Source of the DNA: an uncultured Thiotrichales bacterium
GTDB lineage: Bacteria > Pseudomonadota > Gammaproteobacteria > UBA4575
DNA length: 64,000 nt
Direction: 5' to 3'
NCBI GenBank assembly: GCA_964636225.1
Contig: CAZWQM010000003.1
Coordinates: forward strand, 74 to 64,073
In this document: piece by piece, positions 42,465 through 49,075 of the stretch
Layout: every line of letters starts with the position of its first letter
Position numbering within the stretch: position 1 is the first letter of the stretch
Program-made: the position numbers and the translations under genes
Notes under the pieces: model-generated
Seen by the model: the letters and a program-made list of their open reading frames with translations, nothing else
Told to the model about the DNA's origin: nothing
The model's database searches: none

Positions 42465-43724
42465 TTAGCTGGCTGCTTTTTCTTCGGCTTTACGGTTAAA
42501 CCATTTTTCAGCTTCTTCATCCCAGCCATCCATACGTACGTACGAACTTTGACGTGGGTCGTTGACCATATTTGGATCCACTTCGATGCCCACACCTTCA
42601 AGGAAATTAACCAAGCCAATACGCTCAACCATTTCGCCGCAACGCTCGTGTTCCAGGCCATTCTCAGCCCAGAAATCAATGGTCTCTTCCGCCAGCTCAG
42701 TTAATTTTTCGTAATCTTCTTCCGTTTCCAGTTTCATGAATGGAACAACAACGGTCCCCATCAAGTCACCAATTTTAAGTGTACGTTTTCCACCGATCAG
42801 GATTGTTGCACCTTTATCATCGCCTGGGGATAACGCTTTCACCATGACGTTCATACAATGCATGCAACGAACACAGTTACGATTATCCACATCCATGGTG
42901 TCATCGTCTTTGAGTGAAAGTGCTTTAGTTGGGCAGCGAGTGATCACGTTATCGATCACATATTCACGGCCTTTACGTGCAACGAATTTTTTAACTTCTT
43001 CCTGATTTACCTTCATATCGTCACGCCATGTGCCGATAATGGCGAAGTCAGAACGCTCAATAGAGTTCATGCAGTCATTACCGCAACCTGAAACTTTGAA
43101 CTTGAATTTGTATGGCAGGGCTGGACGATGCACGTCGTCAGTAAAATTATTCAAGAGTGTACGGTGAATTTTCATCTCATCCAGTCCGGACATTTCACAT
43201 CGCGCCGCACCCACACAGGACATACCAGTACGCACACATGGACCGGCACCACCAAGGTCCCAGCCGTATTCGTTGATTTCATCGAAGAAGTGTTGTGTAT
43301 TTTGGGTGGAGGTACCAATGAACATGATATTGCCAGTTTGGCCATGGAAAGTCACAAGACCAGAACCCCATTTTTCCCAGCTGTCACCCAGTTGACGTAA
43401 CATATCGGTGGTGTAGTAGTTTCCTGCAGGAGGCTGTACACGTAGCGTGTGGAACTCTTTAGATTCAGGGAACGAACTTGCTACTTCTGAGAATCTTGGA
43501 ATAATGCCGGACCCGTATCCGAATACACTGACCGTGCCACCCTTCCAGTAGCCTTTTCGAGTTTCGTATGAATGCTCTAACTGGCCAAGCAAGTCATTCG
43601 CCATACCATTGATTCTTTTATCTTCATGCTTATCACGAAGACGCTTGAATCCAGATATAAAACTCGGCCATGGTCCGTTTTCTAACTCATCAAGCATTGG
43701 GGTATCATGATGCTGGTCAGCCAT
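42465..43724 (-). CDS. dsrA: dissimilatory sulfite reductase alpha subunit (reverse/oxidative type by context)
   Basis: The start is set at MADQHHDTPMLDELENGPWPSF (ATG at 43724), preceded by SD AGGAGA. The ORF-track start at 43757 adds 11 aa that include that SD. Nitrite/sulfite reductase ferredoxin-like and 4Fe-4S motifs are present. Confidence 0.93.
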   Translation of the reverse strand: MADQHHDTPMLDELENGPWPSFISGFKRLRDKHEDKRINGMANDLLGQLEHSYETRKGYWKGGTVSVFGYGSGIIPRFSEVASSFPESKEFHTLRVQPPAGNYYTTDMLRQLGDSWEKWGSGLVTFHGQTGNIMFIGTSTQNTQHFFDEINEYGWDLGGAGPCVRTGMSCVGAARCEMSGLDEMKIHRTLLNNFTDDVHRPALPYKFKFKVSGCGNDCMNSIERSDFAIIGTWRDDMKVNQEEVKKFVARKGREYVIDNVITRCPTKALSLKDDDTMDVDNRNCVRCMHCMNVMVKALSPGDDKGATILIGGKRTLKIGDLMGTVVVPFMKLETEEDYEKLTELAEETIDFWAENGLEHERCGEMVERIGLVNFLEGVGIEVDPNMVNDPRQSSYVRMDGWDEEAEKWFNRKAEEKAAS

Positions 43725-44089
43725 TTTCAATTCTCCTAATTCACCAGTTATTTTCAAACTTGGGGTTATATTATTCCACGCGCAGATCAGCCGCTACTCT
43801 GGCTGTATATGGAGGTAGCAGTCTAGAGTTGACGGGTAGAGATCAAAATCCTACCTATGGGGTGCGGGGGGTTATACTACTTATCTCGACGGGGATATAG
43901 CGACATAAATAATTATTATCTCCACACAGTCCCTAGTCGACAATGGGTATATTATACACTTATAAAACAACCAGTTATATTATTTTTTCTTATATTATTC
44001 AAATTGTACTGAAACCTTTCACTATAGGCAGAATACTGGCCTGAATCGTACGGAATAAACAAAACGTTAACCTGGTCTCAATCCTATGA
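43725..44089. promoter_or_regulatory. divergent control region between dsrA and the TauD-like/Cas6-like operon, with a reiterated AT-rich 10-mer
   Basis: Exact TTATATTATT at 43766-43775, 43975-43984 and 43990-43999. 8/10 copies at 43948-43957 and 43872-43881. A GGGG-prefixed version, GGGGTTATAYTAYT, occurs at 43762-43775 and 43868-43881. Confidence 0.4.
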
Positions 44090-44983
44090 ATGCCAACAAA
44101 AATTATGCTGTATATGGACGATTTTGAATCTGATTATTTAAATTGGCGTGCCTCAAAATTGGCAAGCCGTGCCCTGTCCTTACATACTAACCCGGTCGCC
44201 ATACAGAATCCTGCACAATTAACTACGCAGGAACTCGAGCAGTTGCGCAACCATTGCCGAATTAACAATTTCGCTATCTATCGGCTCGCCCAGCCCTCAC
44301 TCGCCACCAAAGAAAATGTACGCTGTATGACGTCCCAGATTGGAATGAAGGCGCTGGATCAGAATTTATGCGCAGACAATGACAGTATTTCTTCGCTAAA
44401 AGTAATGAATTTAGGGCGGGCCCGAGGTTATATTCCGTACTCCACCAGCGCCCTTAACTGGCACACCGACGGCTACTACAATACATTTGACCAGCAGATT
44501 CGCTCATTTCTGCTCCATTGTGTTCAAAATGCACTTAATGGCGGGGAGAATATGCTTATAAATCATGAGCTTATTTATATTTTTTTGCATGATCAAAATC
44601 CTGCTCTGACGTATGCCCTGATGCAGCCAGATGCATTTACTATTCCAGCTAACGTGGAAAATGGTAAGGTTATTCGCCCAGCCCAAAGCGGGCCCGTATT
44701 CTATCGTGACCAAGCCACAAATACCCTGCAAATGCGCTATACCGCCAGAACTCGCAGTATTGAATGGAAAAAGAATAAAGATATTCAAACCGCTGTAAAA
44801 CTCATTGAAGAATTACTCAAACATAGTGAGCACATCATCCGTTACACGCTACAGCCTGGCGAAGGATTAATTTGTAACAATATTCTGCATGGGCGATCGG
44901 CCTTTACAAATGGGAATATTCCGGAGCAACAGCGAGTGATGTATCGTGCACGCTCTTATTACCGATTATTTAGCGATCAATAA
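44090..44983 (+). CDS. TauD/TfdA-family Fe(II)/2-oxoglutarate dioxygenase-like protein
   Basis: 297 aa. HxD in LNWHTDGYY, and a distal His/Arg in ICNNILHGRSAF about 150 aa downstream, fit the clavaminate-synthase-like facial triad. The substrate is unknown. Confidence 0.7.
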   Translation: MPTKIMLYMDDFESDYLNWRASKLASRALSLHTNPVAIQNPAQLTTQELEQLRNHCRINNFAIYRLAQPSLATKENVRCMTSQIGMKALDQNLCADNDSISSLKVMNLGRARGYIPYSTSALNWHTDGYYNTFDQQIRSFLLHCVQNALNGGENMLINHELIYIFLHDQNPALTYALMQPDAFTIPANVENGKVIRPAQSGPVFYRDQATNTLQMRYTARTRSIEWKKNKDIQTAVKLIEELLKHSEHIIRYTLQPGEGLICNNILHGRSAFTNGNIPEQQRVMYRARSYYRLFSDQ

Positions 44984-44989
44984 AAAGCA

Positions 44990-45184
44990 ATGCTCTCATT
45001 AAGTGAAATTCTAATGCAGAATCACAGCATGCAAAGCTTTGACGAGCTCAAAATCGAGCTGGAAAAGCGTGCCAGACAGGGAGAAATATTCTTCCAAATG
45101 GATGTACGTCCACCTTTCAAAGATACACCTGAAGAGTGGGAAGATATTCTTGAATCTGTATTTACTTCTGCTAGAGCAGGTTAA
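44990..45184 (+). CDS. hypothetical 64-aa acidic protein
   Basis: The ORF begins 6 nt after the upstream stop and ends 4 nt before the next start. The sequence looks helical and acidic. There is no clear SD, so translational coupling is presumed. Confidence 0.4.
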   Translation: MLSLSEILMQNHSMQSFDELKIELEKRARQGEIFFQMDVRPPFKDTPEEWEDILESVFTSARAG

Positions 45185-45188
45185 CCCC

Positions 45189-45878
45189 ATGTATTGGAAT
45201 GATGACACGGGCAATGAAGCGGTCTATGAAGTGCCAGATGACATTGTCGATGTCAATTTTAAAATCAAGTGTGCTCAGCTGCCACTGGATCACGCCCACG
45301 CACTGTCGGAGGCTGTGATCAAAGAACTGCCCTGGATTGCACACACTGAGTCGGCCGGCATACATCTGATACATGGCGCAGAATCCGGCAATGGCTGGAT
45401 TCGCCCTCGTGACCCGGATGAACTTATTTACCCGTCACGACGCACCTTATTCACCATTCGCATTCCCCAGGAGCGCATTGAAGATGTGAAAACTCTGGAC
45501 GGCAAATCAATACAATTGTGTAACACCACACTTGAATTCTCTCGTCCCAGCATTCGCAAATTATCCAAGCTCACCACTATTTTTGCACGTTATGTTCTGG
45601 CTGAAAAAGCTGAAGATGAAAACGAGTTTCTAAAAGAAATGGCTGAACAGTTGGCGATGAAAAACATCAAGCCCAAAAAGATGATGAGCGGACGCACCAC
45701 AGACTTGCGATTTCCGAATAAAACACTGTGCACACGCAGCCTGATGATAGATGGCTTGGACGTTACTGAATCGGTACTCCTCCAACAGCAAGGGCTGGGA
45801 TCTGGTAGAAAATACGGGTGTGGTCTATTTTTACCTCATAAGGGTATTGACGCGGTCAATGAGACGCAGGAAAAATAG
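45189..45878 (+). CDS. Cas6/Cmx6-like RAMP protein (orphan; no CRISPR context)
   Basis: The N-terminus VDVNFKIKCAQLPLDHAHALSEAVIKELPWI...AGIHLIHG follows the Cmx6-type Cas6 pattern (VDL.FP..G..LP.DHGYAL..AL...P.L......IHPI.G). The C-terminus carries an exact glycine-rich RAMP loop GxGxxxxxGxG (GLGSGRKYGCG). The start is set at the ATG at 45189. Confidence 0.7.
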   Translation: MYWNDDTGNEAVYEVPDDIVDVNFKIKCAQLPLDHAHALSEAVIKELPWIAHTESAGIHLIHGAESGNGWIRPRDPDELIYPSRRTLFTIRIPQERIEDVKTLDGKSIQLCNTTLEFSRPSIRKLSKLTTIFARYVLAEKAEDENEFLKEMAEQLAMKNIKPKKMMSGRTTDLRFPNKTLCTRSLMIDGLDVTESVLLQQQGLGSGRKYGCGLFLPHKGIDAVNETQEK

Positions 45879-45937
45879 CGCCCTCAAAAAATTATTGAAC
45901 ATATCCTTTAATTTTTAGCAGTTAGGAGAATTATTTT

Positions 45938-46279
45938 ATGGCAATTGAAGTTAATGGAAAGAGCATTGAAACCACACCTAGTGGCTTCCTGGTCAATATT
46001 GAAGACTGGTCTGAAGCACTCGCCGAAACCATCGCCAAGGAAGAAGGTGTTGAGTTGACTGAAAAACACTGGGATGTAGTCAACTATCTACGTGACGAAT
46101 TTATTAATAATGCAGGCAACCAGCCCAATACTCGTAATATGGTAAAAGCCATGTCCAAGCAATGGGGCGATAAAAGCGTGAACGCCAAAACACTTTATGA
46201 CTTGTTCCCGGGCGATCCCAGTAAACAGGGCGGACGCATTGGCGGTTTACCAGAAAGCCGGCGCAAGGGCGGATACTAA
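45938..46279 (+). CDS. DsrC/TusE/RspA-family protein lacking both C-terminal cysteines
   Basis: It aligns along its full length with the dsrC at 39706-40038 (MAIEV.G.S.ET...G.L....W...LA...A..EG..L...HW.V.N.LR...). The arm ends ...PSKQGGRIGGLPESRRKGGY, with Gly in place of CysB and CysA. SD AGGAGA is present. Confidence 0.85.
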   Translation: MAIEVNGKSIETTPSGFLVNIEDWSEALAETIAKEEGVELTEKHWDVVNYLRDEFINNAGNQPNTRNMVKAMSKQWGDKSVNAKTLYDLFPGDPSKQGGRIGGLPESRRKGGY

Positions 46280-46370
46280 TTCACATACTCTCTATCGGGA
46301 TACATATCAGTCAGAGAATATGAATTAGAATTTAACTATTAAATTTAAGAAAATTACTATTGGAGGGCCC

Positions 46371-46574
46371 ATGAGCTCCAAGCAGGACAAAATTAAAAAA
46401 ATGTTAGAAATGCAGAAGAAGTTCATTGAGCTGGATCGCGCACGTGGTGTTTCTGCTAAAGAATACTTCACCCCTGAAGACGGCGCCGAACTGGATGGCT
46501 ACCGTGAAGAGTATGCAAAGCTCGCAATGGATGTGGTTTCAGAAGCACATAGTGAAAAAGGTTCTCGCGCCTAA
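46371..46574 (+). CDS. hypothetical 67-aa protein
   Basis: Good SD (GGAGGG). Charged, helical-looking sequence. It is the last ORF before the terminator. Confidence 0.55.
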   Translation: MSSKQDKIKKMLEMQKKFIELDRARGVSAKEYFTPEDGAELDGYREEYAKLAMDVVSEAHSEKGSRA

Positions 46575-46599
46575 GTATACTGCTACAACTTAACATCGC

Positions 46600-46629
46600 A
46601 AAAAAGCTGCATTCATGCAGCTTTTTTTA
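46600..46629 (+). terminator. rho-independent terminator (A-tract/T-tract, potentially bidirectional)
   Basis: aaaaAGCTGCAttcaTGCAGCTttttttt. The 7-bp stem spans 46605-46611 and 46616-46622, extendable by A:U pairs, and a T7 run follows. Confidence 0.75.
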
Positions 46630-46898
46630 TGTCTACAATAGCATCGCTAGCTAATCTTGACTTCTAACAGAAGCAAATAACTCTCATTACACAAGCACAC
46701 TACGTAAAGCAAACTTAAATCCAAGTTTTTAACTGCTCTTCCCGCCACAATTAAGCTACAAATTTTCAAACCATTTCTCATTCAAAGCGCATGGTTTGTG
46801 AACTGAAACACGAAAAAATTATATAAATTTAAGCCTAATGTAACCTTACTTGCATATAGTATTTCCATTACTGGAGAGTTCTACATCTGGAGAAGGCT

Positions 46899-47021
46899 AT
46901 GTTTAAAAAAGACCAACCAACCAGTCACAAGTCAGAAGAAGAGATCCGAAAATCTTCAGCTGCCTTAACAGAAAAAAAGTCGCTACCGGCCCGGAACAAC
47001 GCTCAGAAAACGATTCACTAA
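46899..47021 (+). CDS. candidate 40-aa small ORF (MFKKDQPTSHKSEEEIRKSSAALTEKKSLPARNNAQKTIH)
   Basis: Below the ORF-track cutoff. It was found by reading the sequence. SD GGAGAAGG lies 4-5 nt before the ATG. There is no family resemblance, and it conflicts with the antisense ORF at 46903-47097. Confidence 0.25.
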   Translation: MFKKDQPTSHKSEEEIRKSSAALTEKKSLPARNNAQKTIH

Positions 47022-47179
47022 ATCTGGAAGATATTAGAACTGCGGGCTTATAAACTAATTTAAGTTCTTCTAATCTGCATTCAATAAAAAGTGGCATGCA
47101 AACTTATTGTACAGTGTAACTGTAACCACAATGCTTTTTCACGACCAAGATCAGCCGTTTAGAGCTATTGTTTTTTGCT

Positions 47180-47371
47180 TTACTTTTTTGGCGACAATTG
47201 ACCAACGAAACTGTTAAACGCTGTTTCATTCACGTCTACAACACACACATCCAAACCAGACAATCTCCTATCAGGGCGCTTTCGACGTTCTATCTCAGCT
47301 TCAGACAATGTCGAATTCAGATTACGACGTTCTTGTTTCGCATGCCGAATATTTTTAGTTAAATTCTTCAT
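47180..47371 (-). CDS. hypothetical 63-aa basic protein
   Basis: ORF downstream of apt on the same strand. Arg-rich segment (ERRKRPDRR). No convincing SD. Confidence 0.3.
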   Translation of the reverse strand: MKNLTKNIRHAKQERRNLNSTLSEAEIERRKRPDRRLSGLDVCVVDVNETAFNSFVGQLSPKK

Positions 47372-47462
47372 ACAGATGCGCTGTTATATTATTTGATAGT
47401 CACATATTACCGCTACTGAAAAGACGCTTTTGCGAAAGAACTCACAATCCCCTTGAAATGGC

Positions 47463-47975
47463 TTAATACTGAACAAGTGAATGCACAGAATTTTCGGGTA
47501 GTAATTCACGCCCGGCCAACGCGGTAAGCTCAATAATAAAAGCAAATCCCAGAAGCTCACAGTCAAACTGATCAAGCAGACGCGCTGTAGCAGCGGCAGT
47601 GCCACCGGTGGCGATAACATCATCTACGACCAGCACTCGGCCACCCGGCTTAATCGCGTCTTTATGAATCTCCAGACGATCCGTACCATATTCCAATTGA
47701 TATTCAACTGAATGAACCTGCGCTGGAAGCTTGCCAGGTTTACGTACCGGTACAAACCCAGCAGATAGATGGTAAGCCAACGGCGCACCTAATATAAACC
47801 CGCGTGATTCAATTGCCACGATATAATCGATATCGTGCTGTTTAAAAATTCTTACCATTTCATCAAGCACGTAACTCATGCCTTTATGGTCCTGCAACAG
47901 TGTCGTGATATCCCTAAACATAATGCCGGGTTTAGGAAAGTCCGGCACATTTCGAATTAAAGATTTAATATCCAT
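47463..47975 (-). CDS. apt: adenine phosphoribosyltransferase
   Basis: N-terminus [21 protein letters not shown] and PRPP motif [14 protein letters not shown]. Confidence 0.93.
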   Translation of the reverse strand: MDIKSLIRNVPDFPKPGIMFRDITTLLQDHKGMSYVLDEMVRIFKQHDIDYIVAIESRGFILGAPLAYHLSAGFVPVRKPGKLPAQVHSVEYQLEYGTDRLEIHKDAIKPGGRVLVVDDVIATGGTAAATARLLDQFDCELLGFAFIIELTALAGRELLPENSVHSLVQY

Positions 47976-47986
47976 AATATAGCCAG

Positions 47987-48670
47987 TTATAGCTCACTCC
48001 ATTGACGCACCAGATTGACATACACCAAATCAACCTGCCTGGTATGTTCTTCCTGTGGCTGCTTGCGTAATAATTTTTCACGCGCGCAGCTTAATTGATA
48101 CAAGAGCGCCCTTTGTTGCGCGTCTTTTACCATGCTTTGTATCCAGGTCACTGCCACCAGACGCTTTCCTTGAGTAACCTCTTCTACCTGATGCCGTGTT
48201 GTCGCCGGATACATGACGGCATCGCCCGCAGCATATTTAATTAACTGCAAGCCATAATCCGTTTGAATTGACAATTCACCTCCTGCATAGTCATCAGGTG
48301 AATTGAGAAAAATGGTTAATGCCAGATCTGAGCGATAACGTTGCGCCACAGCACCGGGTGCTCCCATAATCGGATCATCGATATGTTCGCCATAATACAT
48401 ACCTTTTTCATAGCAGGCATAGAATGGGCTGGCAATTTTTAAAGGCAAAGCCGCACGCTGATAGACCTTGTGGCGTAACAGATTTCCCATCACAATATCA
48501 TTCAGCAATTTGACATTGGGATCATCACTCGGCATTTCCTGATTGTACTTAACGCTTGCAGCCGCTACTCCTGCGCTTAATTTTCCATCCACAAAACTTG
48601 CATTCGCTAATAGCCGCTGTACCTTTAACAATTCTTGGGGACCCAGCACATTTTTTAAATGAATCAGCAC
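47987..48670 (-). CDS. PKHD-type Fe(II)/2OG hydroxylase (PiuC/YbiX family)
   Basis: 227 aa. HIDD plus a later H (YPATTRHQV), and overall resemblance to YbiX. Confidence 0.8.
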   Translation of the reverse strand: MLIHLKNVLGPQELLKVQRLLANASFVDGKLSAGVAAASVKYNQEMPSDDPNVKLLNDIVMGNLLRHKVYQRAALPLKIASPFYACYEKGMYYGEHIDDPIMGAPGAVAQRYRSDLALTIFLNSPDDYAGGELSIQTDYGLQLIKYAAGDAVMYPATTRHQVEEVTQGKRLVAVTWIQSMVKDAQQRALLYQLSCAREKLLRKQPQEEHTRQVDLVYVNLVRQWSEL

Positions 48671-48721
48671 GATTAATCTCTTGTCCGTTATAATAAAGTT
48701 TTAGCTAAGGATTGCACCGCA

Positions 48722-49039
48722 ATGATACTCAAAGTTGTAATAGATGAAAAAACAATCCCCATTGAAGTGCCCGATTATATGCTAGTTGAGGCAGAAGAGT
48801 TTTTTAATAAAATGGATATCGACATGGATGCAGGTTGGCAAATGAGCCGTGAATGGGTTGATAACCCCAACAATTTTCAGCGTTGCCAGATTGTCGCAGA
48901 TAAAATTCTGACCTCTATACACAGCGAAAACGAAAAACTAGCCACACTGATGGCGGCTTATATATTAAAAAAGCTCCCTAACATTTCTTCAGTGGATATT
49001 GATACCGAAGGTGATATGACGCAAACCTCATTTACCTAG
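48722..49039 (+). CDS. hypothetical protein (105 aa)
   Basis: Clean ORF divergent from the PiuC-like gene, with no overlap. No recognisable motif. Confidence 0.5.
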   Translation: MILKVVIDEKTIPIEVPDYMLVEAEEFFNKMDIDMDAGWQMSREWVDNPNNFQRCQIVADKILTSIHSENEKLATLMAAYILKKLPNISSVDIDTEGDMTQTSFT

Positions 49040-49075
49040 CCGTTATTTTCAGTATTCTTGAATTAACCCTGAGGG

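Noticed and set aside
42377-42679. 100-aa minus-strand ORF spanning the dsrA/dsrB junction.
   Set aside because: It overlaps the dsrA 3-prime end out of frame, and its translation has odd composition. The 94-nt dsrA-dsrB spacer is normal.
45039-45188. 50-aa upstream extension of the Cas6-like ORF (MTSSKSSWKSVPDREKYSSKWMYVHL...).
   Set aside because: It overlaps the 64-aa ORF, which looks more like a real protein, in another frame. Cmx6-type proteins start close to the VD.xF motif, and the ATG at 45189 sits 4 nt after the upstream stop. This remains a judgement call without homologue alignment.
46903-47097. 64-aa minus-strand ORF in the AT-rich gap.
   Set aside because: It has no SD and is largely antisense to a plus-strand small ORF that does have a strong SD. 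Neither can be confirmed, so this one is judged the less likely.
43725-47462. Search for a CRISPR array or other cas genes near the Cas6-like gene.
   Set aside because: Reading both intergenic regions showed no regularly spaced direct repeats of 24-40 nt, only the short AT-rich 10-mers. No Cas1, Cas2, Cas3, Cas5, Cas7 or Cas8-like ORFs occur anywhere in the window. An array elsewhere in the genome cannot be excluded.
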